The position numbers were made by a program, and so were the translations under genes. Below are positions 48,878 through 57,592 of a stretch of DNA of 64,000 nucleotides, piece by piece; within the stretch, counting starts at the first letter, position 1, and the number at the start of each line of letters is the position of its first letter. The notes beneath the pieces were generated by a model, which made no database searches, had not been told where the DNA came from, and saw nothing but the letters and a program-made list of their open reading frames with translations. The stretch is from an uncultured Butyricicoccus sp. (GTDB lineage: Bacteria; Bacillota; Clostridia; Oscillospirales; Butyricicoccaceae): positions 230,182 to 294,181 of the forward strand of contig CAKTAV010000001.1 in NCBI GenBank assembly GCA_934532985.1. The letters are read 5' to 3'.

Positions 48878-49906
48878 TCATCCACCGATGTGCGCCCGCC
48901 GCCGCGCCAGATTGATCGTTCCCTCTTGCAGCGTGTTTAGCCGCCCCAGCCAGTGCGCTGTTCCGCGCGCCACGCAGGTCAGCGGGTCGTCGGCAAAATG
49001 CGCCTGCAAGCCCAGCTGTTGCGCCGCCCGCTGCTCCAGTCCATACAGCTGCGAGACTCCGCCGGTCAGCAGTACGCCGCTCTCCGCCAGATCGCCTACC
49101 AGCTCTGGCGGCGCCGCGCCGATGACCTCGCAGATCGCCTGCATGATTGTGACAACGCAGCGTCCCAGCGGCTCTGCCAGCTCTTCGTCCGTCACTGTCA
49201 CGCAATGCGGCAGTCCCGTGCGGCAGCTGCGTCCCCGCACGGTGATTTCCAGCGGCTCCTCCCGCTGCCAGACGGCGCCGATTGTATTTTTCATGTGTTC
49301 CGCCGTCACTTCTCCGATGTCCAGTTGATGCTGCTGTTTCATGTACTGTACAATCGCCGCATCCATTTCATTGCCCGCCATACGGATCGAGACGGCATGT
49401 ACCACCGCGCCAAAGGACAAAATCGCAATATCCGTCGTTCCCGCGCCGATGTCCACCAGCAGCACACCCTTTGCCTCCGCCGGATTCACCCCCGCGCCGA
49501 CCGCCGCCGCCATCGGCTCTTCCAGCAAAAACACCTTGTTCGCCCCCGCCTGTAGCCCTGCGTCAATCACCGCCCGTTCCTCCAGCTCGGAAATCAGCGG
49601 CGGAATGCAAACCAGCAAATTCGGACGAAAAAATCGTCCTTTTCCGCTCCGCTGCACAAAATCCTGCACCATTTGTCCCGCCATGCCACAGTCGGAAATC
49701 ACCCCGCCGCGCAGTGGATACACCGCCGCCAAGCCCTCCGGCGTTCGTCCGAGCAGCCGCTGTGCCGCCGTGCCGGCGCACACAACCTGTCCATTACTGC
49801 GGCGCGCCGCAACGACTGACGGCTCTTGCAGCACAATGCCGCGCCCCTCGCGATACAGCACGACCGATGAAGTACCCATGTCCATTCCCAACGCATATTC
49901 CAACAT
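48878..49906 (-). CDS. mreB: MreB/Mbl-family actin-like protein
   Basis: GMDMGTSSV, VDIGAGTTDIAI, LTGGVSQLYGL. AGGGAGG RBS before ATG 49906. Confidence 0.85.
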   Translation of the reverse strand: MLEYALGMDMGTSSVVLYREGRGIVLQEPSVVAARRSNGQVVCAGTAAQRLLGRTPEGLAAVYPLRGGVISDCGMAGQMVQDFVQRSGKGRFFRPNLLVCIPPLISELEERAVIDAGLQAGANKVFLLEEPMAAAVGAGVNPAEAKGVLLVDIGAGTTDIAILSFGAVVHAVSIRMAGNEMDAAIVQYMKQQHQLDIGEVTAEHMKNTIGAVWQREEPLEITVRGRSCRTGLPHCVTVTDEELAEPLGRCVVTIMQAICEVIGAAPPELVGDLAESGVLLTGGVSQLYGLEQRAAQQLGLQAHFADDPLTCVARGTAHWLGRLNTLQEGTINLARRRAHIGG

Positions 49907-49941
49907 TCTGTTTCCTCCCTTTTTCACGGGCTGCAAAGATG

Positions 49942-49981
49942 ACAAAAGGAAGCGGTTCCGGTGCATTCCGGTCTCGCTTCC
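49942..49981 (-). terminator. Terminator hairpin after comFC
   Basis: GGAAGCG...CGCTTCC stem followed by TTTTG on the minus strand. Confidence 0.6.
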
Positions 49982-50010
49982 CTTCAGTATATGCCATTTG
50001 TAGAAAAAAC

Positions 50011-50667
50011 TTACCTGTCTTTGGTGCTTTTCGCCAGCGCCAGTCCGACAACCTCCGACGCACCCGCCTCCCGCAGGAGACGCGCCGCCTGATTCATCGT
50101 TGCTCCGCTGGCGATGATGTCGTCCACCAGCAAAATCCGCTTGCCTTCTATCTCTGCCGCAGCGGTTTGCCGCACGGACAAGCTGTGTTCCGCGTGCGCT
50201 CTGCGCTGCTGCTTGTGCATTCCCGCCTGACGGGCGGACAGCAGCGTGTGTCCCAGCAGTTTGCGACAGGGTACGCCCAGCCGCCCTGCGGTATACTTCG
50301 CCATCTCCTCCGGCAGGGTAAAGCCGCGTGTGTGCTCCCGCAGCGCGCTGGACGGCACAAACGTCACCACATCCGGCGTAAACCCGTCCTTTTGCGCTTC
50401 ATAGGCCGCAACCGCCATGCGTGCCATCGCTCCCACGGCTGCATTTTTGCCGCGTTCCTTGACGCGCAGCAGAGCGCCGCGCACCGCGCCGGAATACTCC
50501 GTCGCACAGATCACATCCAGATAGAGCAGCGACCGGCGCAGACAACGCGCACGATCCCGCTGAATCAGCGTCCGGCAGTCCGGACACAGCCCGTCCTCCA
50601 CCGCTTTGCCCACGGGCGAGCCGCACAGCGCACACCGCGTCGGGAACAACAGATCCGCCAGCCTCAC
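50011..50667 (-). CDS. comFC: ComF-family phosphoribosyltransferase-like protein
   Basis: N-terminal Cys cluster (CALCGSP...CPDC) and PRT motif LLVDDIIASGAT. Confidence 0.85.
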   Translation of the reverse strand: MRLADLLFPTRCALCGSPVGKAVEDGLCPDCRTLIQRDRARCLRRSLLYLDVICATEYSGAVRGALLRVKERGKNAAVGAMARMAVAAYEAQKDGFTPDVVTFVPSSALREHTRGFTLPEEMAKYTAGRLGVPCRKLLGHTLLSARQAGMHKQQRRAHAEHSLSVRQTAAAEIEGKRILLVDDIIASGATMNQAARLLREAGASEVVGLALAKSTKDR

Positions 50668-52928
50668 GGTGTTTCCTCCGCCGTCTCTTCTTCCTCCGCG
50701 CCGCGGATCAGCCGCGCGCGCAGGGCGCTGTATCGCTTGTTGCGGGTGTTAGTATTGACCATGGTCTGCACGACCTGCGGATCACCGACGATAACCAGCA
50801 GCTTTTTCGCGCGGGTGATCGCCGTGTACAAAATATTTCGCGTAAGCAGCCGCCGTCCGATTCCGCTCGGCAGCGCGAGCACCACCGCGTCAAACTCACT
50901 GCCCTGCGATTTGTGTACCGTCATCGCATACGCCAGCTCCAATTCCCCGAGCATATCAAACGAATAGTGTGCGATACGGTCGTCAAACCGAATCTGCATC
51001 ACCTCATTTGCCAGCGACACGCCGATGATCTCGCCCACGTCGCCGTTGAACATACCGCTGCCGACCTCGTCCGGATCGTCCTCTTTTTCCCACACAATAT
51101 CATAGTTATTGCGCACCTGCATGACCTTGTCACCCAAGCGGAACACAGTCTCACCGTGCCGCTTTTCCGGCTTGAACTCACTCGCCGGATTGAGCGCCTC
51201 CTGCAACATGCGGTTGAGCTGCTGTGTTCCCGCATTCTGTCGGCGCGATGGCGTGAGCACCTGAATCTGCGACGGTTTAAAGCCGTAATATTTCGGCAGA
51301 CGTGCCCGACACAGGTCGACAACCGTCTGAATAACCTCCTGCGCACCGTGCTTTTTCATGAAGAAAAAGTCGCCGTCCTTGCCCCCCGCCACCGGCATCT
51401 CACCGTGGTTGATCGCATGGGCGTTTCGGACAATCGCACTCTCCTGCGCCTGCCGGAAAATTTCATCCAGCTCGATTGTGTGAATGCGCTCCGAACCGAT
51501 GCAGTCGCGCAAGAAGTTGCCCGGACCGACCGGCGGCAGCTGATCGGCATCGCCCACCAGAATCAGCCGCGTCTCCGGACGCAGCGCTTCCAGCAGCGCC
51601 TGCATCAGCGTGATGTCCACCATGGACACCTCATCCAGAATGACAACGTCGCCCTCAATCGGGTTTTCCTTGTTGCGGGCAAACACCGTGTAGGGATCAC
51701 TGCCGCGATACCCTGCCTCCAACAGACGGTGAATGGTCTTTCCCTCGCGTCCGCACAGCTCGCTGAGCCGTTTTGCCGCGCGCCCTGTCGGCGCCGCCAG
51801 CACGACCTCCAAGCCGATCGCATCAAAGAACTCAATCATACCGCGCACCGTCGTGGTCTTGCCCGTGCCCGGGCCGCCGGTCAGGATAACCAAGCCGTAT
51901 CGCGCCGCCCACTCAATCGCCTGCCGCTGCCGCGGGGCATAGGTCAGGCGGCTGCCCTCTTCGAGCGAATCCAGCAGATCCTTCAAATCAAAATCATAGT
52001 GATATTCCGTGCTGGACAGCTTACCAAGGTAGTCGGCGATATAGGTCTCCGCGTCGTACATCGGGTTGAGATACACCGCATCCCGGCGGCAGATATATTC
52101 ACTGCGCAGTGTGCCACGCTCCACCATCGTATCCAGCTCATCCTTAACGACGTCTGCATTCAGCTCCACGCCGTCTTCATCTGCCAGCAAACGACCGGTT
52201 GTATCCAGCAGCTTGTCCCGCGGGATAAACGTGTGCCCGCTGTCCAGATTGAATTGCAGCGTGTAGGTCAGGCCCGCCGCAATGCGCTCCGGCGAATCCA
52301 GCGACATGCCCATGCTCAGCGCCAGATCGTCCGCCGCCTTGAAATCCACGCCGAAGTCCTCGCCGCACAGAAGGTACGGGTTGGCGGTGATTCGGTCAAT
52401 CGCGCTGTCCTTATACCGTCGGTACAGCCGCGCGGAAAGCTCCAGCGGAAGATCATTTTCCAGTAAAAACTCCATCAAACGGCGCATTGCCGTCTGCTGT
52501 CGGAACTGTTCGCCGATGTCATCCGCTTTTTTCTGCGTGATGCCGCGAACCGCCGTCAGACGGTCGCAATCATTCGCCAGCACGTCAAATGTATCCTCGC
52601 CAAACTGCTCCGCGATGCGCTTGGCGAGCTTGGGGCCAACGCCCTTAATCATACCGGACGAGAGATAGTCCGCAATGCCCTTGACCGTCGCCGGAAGACG
52701 GCGCTCGAAATACTCCGCCTTGAACTGTTCGCCATAGGACGGATGCGTCGTCCATGTGCCCGCCAGATACAGCTCTTCTCCTAGACCGATCTGCGGCAGC
52801 GTGCCGACGACGGTTACCTCGTCGCCCTCTTCCGTCGTCACTCCGATGACAGAGTATCCATTTTCTTCATTTTGAAAGATCACGGCTTCCACCGTGCCGC
52901 TTATGGTTTCCAGTTCCAATTCATCCAT
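50664..52928 (-). CDS. recD2: RecD2-type ATP-dependent DNA helicase
   Basis: N-terminal ...GTVEAVIFQNEENGYSV, Walker A GGPGTGKTT, C-terminal AMTVHKSQGSEF. Confidence 0.9.
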   Translation of the reverse strand: MDELELETISGTVEAVIFQNEENGYSVIGVTTEEGDEVTVVGTLPQIGLGEELYLAGTWTTHPSYGEQFKAEYFERRLPATVKGIADYLSSGMIKGVGPKLAKRIAEQFGEDTFDVLANDCDRLTAVRGITQKKADDIGEQFRQQTAMRRLMEFLLENDLPLELSARLYRRYKDSAIDRITANPYLLCGEDFGVDFKAADDLALSMGMSLDSPERIAAGLTYTLQFNLDSGHTFIPRDKLLDTTGRLLADEDGVELNADVVKDELDTMVERGTLRSEYICRRDAVYLNPMYDAETYIADYLGKLSSTEYHYDFDLKDLLDSLEEGSRLTYAPRQRQAIEWAARYGLVILTGGPGTGKTTTVRGMIEFFDAIGLEVVLAAPTGRAAKRLSELCGREGKTIHRLLEAGYRGSDPYTVFARNKENPIEGDVVILDEVSMVDITLMQALLEALRPETRLILVGDADQLPPVGPGNFLRDCIGSERIHTIELDEIFRQAQESAIVRNAHAINHGEMPVAGGKDGDFFFMKKHGAQEVIQTVVDLCRARLPKYYGFKPSQIQVLTPSRRQNAGTQQLNRMLQEALNPASEFKPEKRHGETVFRLGDKVMQVRNNYDIVWEKEDDPDEVGSGMFNGDVGEIIGVSLANEVMQIRFDDRIAHYSFDMLGELELAYAMTVHKSQGSEFDAVVLALPSGIGRRLLTRNILYTAITRAKKLLVIVGDPQVVQTMVNTNTRNKRYSALRARLIRGAEEEETAEETP

Positions 52929-53232
52929 TGTATTCCGCCTCTGTCTGATGATTTGTCGTGTTATTGTATTATTATAACAAAGATTTTGAGGTGGGACAAT
53001 GGAAAACATCTGTGAGGAGATAAGTCACGATTTCGCTGCCTCTAGCTCCCTCATCATCCTCCCCTATTTCGCCCTTGAAAAATTGTTTGTTTTCCCCATT
53101 GACTATACCAAACGCAAGTAGTATTCTAACTTTAGGAATACAAGGTGGCTTTTTCAAAGAGATGCGCTTTGCCGCTCTCCTGTTGAATCAGCTTCCGCCT
53201 ATGTATTCGCTCATGTAAGGAGGGGGATTTCT

Positions 53233-53469
53233 ATGAGCAGCAAAAAAGCACGATGGATTGGCGGCATTCTGGCAGGTTTGCTCGCTGTATCTGCAACCGC
53301 ATTTGCCATTGCCGGCAGCCGCACCGCGGTGACCACGGCGCATATTCCGGAGGGCACCAGCCAGTATACCTCGGCGGACGGCAAGGTGGTATTCGAGCGC
53401 GAGGACGTACCGGAGCAGGTTGCACAGCAGGACGCGACATATCAGTCGGAGCTGGCGGATGCGCAGTAA
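53233..53469 (+). CDS. Small membrane-anchored or secreted protein (78 aa)
   Basis: AAGGAGGGGG RBS. N-terminal hydrophobic segment WIGGILAGLLAVSATAFAIAG. Confidence 0.6.
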   Translation: MSSKKARWIGGILAGLLAVSATAFAIAGSRTAVTTAHIPEGTSQYTSADGKVVFEREDVPEQVAQQDATYQSELADAQ

Positions 53470-53489
53470 TATCCTCACTTATCTGATAG

Positions 53490-53696
53490 CTTTCCTTAAA
53501 GAATAACTATCTGTCTAAACATCAACACAAGAGCCTACGGTTCTGCTATACTCGCACATATTATGGTCGTGACAAACGTGGAGATTCTGGAAGAGTATGG
53601 GGTTATAAAGTAGTCACTGCCCGCGGCTCTTATTGCGACTATGACGTTGCAGATGCGTTTATTCACTATGTAAAGTACGGAACCACAAGTAAGTAA
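53490..53696 (+). pseudogene. Start-less ORF fragment (3' remnant of a lost gene)
   Basis: Open for 68 codons stop-to-stop (...CYTRTYYGRDKRGDSGRVWGYKVVTARGSYCDYDVADAFIHYVKYGTTSK) with no in-frame ATG, GTG or TTG. Low GC. Followed by its own terminator. Confidence 0.45.
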
Positions 53697-53706
53697 TTTT
53701 TTATCT

Positions 53707-53746
53707 AAGCTCATCTATGAATACAATCATAGATGAGCTTATTTCT
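53707..53746 (+). terminator. Intrinsic terminator after the ORF fragment
   Basis: Perfect 14-bp stem AAGCTCATCTATGA/TCATAGATGAGCTT followed by ATTTCT. Confidence 0.7.
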
Positions 53747-53762
53747 GCAAAGGAGTAGTCTT

Positions 53763-54917
53763 ATGTCAAACTCTCATTTTCAAATAGTACGATCAACTAT
53801 TGCACTCTTTCTGACCATTGCCCTTTCCTGCATTTCCATTTTTCTGTTTTCCTCTGCCATGATATACAAGCACTTCGACGCACGGAGTCTGGAAAAGGAC
53901 AACAACACGGTCTATCTCTCGATTCAGCACGAATCCGATCCGACCAAGCTCCCCAACACGCCGGAAACGCTGCATGACTTTCTTACCCTATACAACGCTC
54001 TGTCGCAATCTGATTCCTATACGTATTATGAGTTATACGCTCAGCCTATCGTGCCTACCTCCGGTTCATTTTTCGATTTTTACACCGAAGAATGGAGCGA
54101 CACCCCGCAGGAAGTGTATGCCGTACAGCTCAGCGCCAATGTGCAAAAGGACTTTGCGCTTTCTGTCTCCCGCGGGCGGCTGCTCAAAGCGTCGGACTTT
54201 ACGCTGCGCAGCAAGCAGTCCATCCCCGTTCTTCTCGGCGCTTCCTACGCTTCTCGGTATTCCCTCGGCGATACATGTCGTGCCGACTACCTGTATCACA
54301 CCTATCCGTTTGTTGTCGTCGGATTTTTGGACAAGGACAGTCAGATTGCCACCTCCAACAACACCATGCCGCTGGATCAAGCCGTCGTCATGCCGAGCTT
54401 TCTCTATGACGGCACGCCCAAAACGAAGTCCGCTTACACATCGCTGAAAATCCACTACGCCAACAAGGTCAGCGGCAGCCTCCGCATGAAACCGGAGCAA
54501 TTGGATACCGTCTCTGCGCAGGTCACATCGCTTCTGCAAGACACGCCGGTCGGCACGTTCTCATGGTCCAGCAGTATCTGGGGCGATCAGCCCATTCTGT
54601 GGGGCATGAACCTTCGCACGTTGTCCGTCATCTCTGCCCTCATCGGCCTTCTGGCAATCCTCGCCTCACTGATTCTGCTGGCACGCATCGCGCGAACTGC
54701 TTCGCGAAAGCTACTCTCCTTTATCGCGGTTTTGGTGATTCATATCATAGCATTCGCCGCGTTCATCGGCGTGTATCAGGCTGTTTTGGCAGACCGGCTG
54801 ACAATTGACCTGTTTTCTCTCATACCATATCCACTGCTGTTCTGCGGTGTGGACTGTCTGATTTTTCTCCTTCTGCTTTGTAGGAAGAAAACACACGGTT
54901 CACGCAATTCATCCTGA
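53763..54917 (+). CDS. Membrane protein with FtsX/MacB-like topology (TM, extracytoplasmic domain of about 250 aa, then 3 TM); no partner ATPase
   Basis: AAGGAG lies 8 nt before ATG 53763. The hydrophobicity pattern supports the topology. GC is lower than the flanks. Confidence 0.6.
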   Translation: MSNSHFQIVRSTIALFLTIALSCISIFLFSSAMIYKHFDARSLEKDNNTVYLSIQHESDPTKLPNTPETLHDFLTLYNALSQSDSYTYYELYAQPIVPTSGSFFDFYTEEWSDTPQEVYAVQLSANVQKDFALSVSRGRLLKASDFTLRSKQSIPVLLGASYASRYSLGDTCRADYLYHTYPFVVVGFLDKDSQIATSNNTMPLDQAVVMPSFLYDGTPKTKSAYTSLKIHYANKVSGSLRMKPEQLDTVSAQVTSLLQDTPVGTFSWSSSIWGDQPILWGMNLRTLSVISALIGLLAILASLILLARIARTASRKLLSFIAVLVIHIIAFAAFIGVYQAVLADRLTIDLFSLIPYPLLFCGVDCLIFLLLLCRKKTHGSRNSS

Positions 54918-54939
54918 GCAGAAAACTTCCGCCGCAACA

Positions 54940-54968
54940 TTGACAATTTTCCGGTTCCATCATACAAT
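54940..54968 (+). promoter_or_regulatory. Consensus sigma-A promoter of the glycine riboswitch unit
   Basis: TTGACA-17 nt-TACAAT. Confidence 0.75.
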
Positions 54969-54974
54969 AGCTAT

Positions 54975-55190
54975 GCGGAACGAAGTATCCGGGAGAGCAC
55001 CGCAGCGCAAACCAGGGGCTGCGCGTCGCCGAAGGGGTTATACTCTCAGGCAAAAGGATCGGATATGGACTGCACTCTGGAAAGCCGGCAGCGACCGGCG
55101 CCGACGAAGCAATCGGCCTGCACGTCCGAGTATCTTTCAGGCAAACAGACAGAGCACCACGCAAAAAGCGGAGGGGCTCTGTTTTTTTGT
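54975..55190 (+). promoter_or_regulatory. Tandem glycine riboswitch with terminator (ON-switch architecture)
   Basis: Aptamer 1: GGGAGAG...CGCCGAAGGGG...CTCAGGCAAAAGGATCGG. Aptamer 2: CTCTGGAAAG...CGCCGACGAAGCAA...TTTCAGGCAAACAGAC. Then CAGAGC...GCTCTG plus T7. Confidence 0.85.
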
Positions 55191-55207
55191 TTTCAGGAGG
55201 AACATTT

Positions 55208-55834
55208 ATGGACGTATTCAGCGCAATTTTTGAAATGATCGGGGTACTGGCGTTTGCGGTTTCCGGCGCTCTGGTCGGCATTCGCCACAAGATGGATTTA
55301 TTCGGCGTGATCTCTCTGGGCGTGGTCACCGCTCTGGGCGGCGGCGTCATTCGCGATGTCGTACTCGGCATCGTCCCGCCCGCCGCATTCCAAAATCCGA
55401 CACAGGTGCTCGCCGCTATCGCCGTCTCGGTTTTGGTTTTTCTGCCCTTTTCCCGCCGCCGTCTCGCGCACAGCACCGCGCAGTTTGACACGCTGCTGCT
55501 CGTCGCGGACTCCATCGGTCTGGGCATTTTCACCGTGCACGGCCTACGCGCCGCGGTCAACGCGGGCTTCTCGGACAATCTGTTTCTGCTCATCTTCGTC
55601 GCTCTGATTACCGGTGTCGGCGGCGGTGTCCTGCGCGATCTGCTCGCGGGAGAGCGCCCATATATTTTTGTCAAGCACATCTACGCCTGCGCCTCCATCG
55701 TCGGGGCTCTGCTATGCGCATTCGCCGCGCCGCGGTGTGGTATCCAGCTGGCCATGGCGTTCGGCTGCGCCGCGGTAATCCTGCTACGCCTTAGCTCGGC
55801 GCGCTACCGCTGGAATCTGCCGCGGGCGGACTAG
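55208..55834 (+). CDS. UPF0126/TRIC-family membrane protein (putative glycine transporter family)
   Basis: Two repeats of the G.LGGG..RD motif (TALGGGVIRDV and TGVGGGVLRDL). AGGAGG RBS before ATG 55208. Confidence 0.85.
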   Translation: MDVFSAIFEMIGVLAFAVSGALVGIRHKMDLFGVISLGVVTALGGGVIRDVVLGIVPPAAFQNPTQVLAAIAVSVLVFLPFSRRRLAHSTAQFDTLLLVADSIGLGIFTVHGLRAAVNAGFSDNLFLLIFVALITGVGGGVLRDLLAGERPYIFVKHIYACASIVGALLCAFAAPRCGIQLAMAFGCAAVILLRLSSARYRWNLPRAD

Positions 55835-55970
55835 TCGCATCGGCGAATTCCGCTACCTCCCTGTGCCAAAGTCTTGCCACAGCTCGACCGCTCCAGTGCC
55901 TCGCTCCTCAAATTCCAAACGTTTCACTGGTTTGGAATTTGAAAAACGGTAAGATTTACTCTGAGAACAG
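55835..55970 (-). repeat. Two-hairpin core element, copy 5 (starts at the base after the upstream stop codon)
   Basis: About 90% identical to 7138..7273. H1 CAAATTCCAAAC-cagtgaaac-GTTTGGAATTTG. H2 CTGTGGCAA-gac-TTGGCACAG. Confidence 0.85.
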
Positions 55971-55974
55971 ACAG

Positions 55975-56088
55975 ATAAATGGCACGCACCAAAGGCGTCC
56001 CTTGATGCAACAGGCTGCACCATGCCAGTGGCATGTGAGCGCAGCAAAAGCAGGACTGTCAATTGCGTAGCAATTGACTAAAGGGATT
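55975..56088 (+). repeat. Intergenic repeat, G-module
   Basis: CCATGCCAGTGGCATGTGAGCGCAGCAAAAGCAGGACTG, hairpin TCAATTGC-gta-GCAATTGA, then CTAAAGGGATT. Confidence 0.8.
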
Positions 56089-56165
56089 AAAATTTGCAAT
56101 GCTAGATAACTTTCTCTTAGAATAGACAATTAAATACCACGTCAAAAACGTAGTTGCTATTCTAA

Positions 56166-56208
56166 GGAAAAACGAGATTTGAACCCTTTTCAGGCTTCAA
56201 ATCTCGTT
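56166..56208 (-). terminator. Terminator after the hexapeptide-repeat gene (bidirectional shape)
   Basis: 13-bp stem AACGAGATTTGAA/TTCAAATCTCGTT flanked by A- and T-runs. Confidence 0.8.
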
Positions 56209-56212
56209 CTTT

Positions 56213-56869
56213 TTATTTTTTCCGAACAATCCTCTCCACGCTCTTCATAATATGCCGCGCCGGAATCACCCCGCGCACAGAGGTCAGCGGATACACCGTC
56301 GTCTCCCGTCCAATCATCGTTCCCGGATTGAGCACGCAGTTGCAGCCGATTTCCGCATAATCGCCGAGCATCGCGCCGATTTTCTGCCGTCCGGTCGGGA
56401 TGCGCTGTTCCCCGCAGTAAAGGACAATTTCGCTGCCGTCCGCCTTAAAATTCGACGTAATCGCCCCCGCGCCCATGTGGCTGTGATAGCCCAAAATGCT
56501 GTCGCCGACATAATTGTAGTGCGGCACCTGTACGCCGTCAAACAGGATGGCGTTTTTAATTTCCACGGAATTTCCCACCACACAATCGCGGCCAATCAGC
56601 GCACCTTCGCGCACAAACGCTCCGTGGCGCACCTCGGTATTCGCCCCAATGATGCACGGTCCGCCGAGATAGGCCGTCGGCGCAATCGTTGCACTTTGGT
56701 GCACCCAAACCTGCGGCGCACGCTGTTCATACTCCGGCGGGAGCGACGTGCCCAGCGCAGCAATCATCGCTGCAATACCATCCAGCGCCTCCCACGGATG
56801 GGCAAATTGCCGCAGATAATCCGCCGCCTGTGTGTGCTGCAAATCAAAGTATTCCGTCATCTCCAGCAT
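56213..56869 (-). CDS. Left-handed beta-helix (hexapeptide repeat) transferase, GlmU-C-terminal-like
   Basis: Repeated [LIV]-G-x4 hexapeptides (IIGANTEVRHGAFVREGALIGRDCVVGNSVEI...). AGGGAGG RBS before ATG 56869. Confidence 0.7.
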   Translation of the reverse strand: MLEMTEYFDLQHTQAADYLRQFAHPWEALDGIAAMIAALGTSLPPEYEQRAPQVWVHQSATIAPTAYLGGPCIIGANTEVRHGAFVREGALIGRDCVVGNSVEIKNAILFDGVQVPHYNYVGDSILGYHSHMGAGAITSNFKADGSEIVLYCGEQRIPTGRQKIGAMLGDYAEIGCNCVLNPGTMIGRETTVYPLTSVRGVIPARHIMKSVERIVRKK

Positions 56870-57055
56870 GTTCGTTCCTCCCTGTCGTCTCTCTGCTCTC
56901 AGTGTACCGCCCCGCCGGATTCCCGTCAAGATGCCTTGCCGAACCCAGTGGTCTATGGTATCGCACTGATAGAGACACACTATTTCCCAGCGTTCTCCGC
57001 TCTATCACCAGTATGCGCGGAGAACGCCTATCAATACGAAAAACAGGAGATTTTT

Positions 57056-57496
57056 ATGGATTTTATACTGATTATCCAGGATGACCGCGCCTTGGCAGAA
57101 GGGCTGTGCCGTGCGCTGACCTTTATCCTCGCCCTGATCGGCATTTTGAACTTCACCAACACGATCATTTCCTCGATGGATGCCCCCCGCCGCGAGCTGG
57201 CGGTGCTGCAAAGCATCGGCATGACTGGACAGCAGCTACGTCGTATGCTCAGCTGGGAGGATCTGCTGTATGCCATCATCACACTTGCGCTCACCGTCAC
57301 GGTCGGTTCGGCGGTCACCTATGGGCTGGTGCATCTGCTCTCGTCGGAGATGTTGTACTTCACCTGGCACTTTACCGTGTTTCCGCTCACGCTGTGTGCG
57401 CCGGTGCTGCTGGTTCTCTGCCTGCTCGTGCCAACGCTGTGCTACCGCAGTCTGCGCCGACACACTATTGTCGAGCGGCTGCGTGAGACGGAATGA
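57056..57496 (+). pseudogene. Fusion remnant: first 21 codons of a response regulator joined to the last ~125 codons of an FtsX-type ABC permease
   Basis: MDFILIIQDDRALAEGLCRAL (receiver-domain start) runs directly into ILALIGILNFTNTIISSMDAPRRELAVLQSIGMTGQQLRRML... (FtsX TM2 to TM4). Confidence 0.65.
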
Positions 57497-57548
57497 GGGG
57501 AGGCGCTGCTCATGTTTTCTGTCAACAACAAAACATCCCAAAACGCAA

Positions 57549-57581
57549 AAGGACTGCGGTAATGCCGCAGTCCTTCTTTTT
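57549..57581. terminator. Bidirectional terminator between the remnant and thiC
   Basis: AAGGACTGCGG-taatg-CCGCAGTCCTT flanked by A- and T-runs. Confidence 0.85.
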
Positions 57582-57592
57582 ATGCTTCTCGC

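Noticed and set aside
53490-53696. Calling the ORF fragment a lactococcin-972-family bacteriocin.
   Set aside because: The resemblance is only vague (GRVWGYKVV against AGVWAKATV from memory). There is no start codon or leader. The claim cannot be supported without an HMM search.
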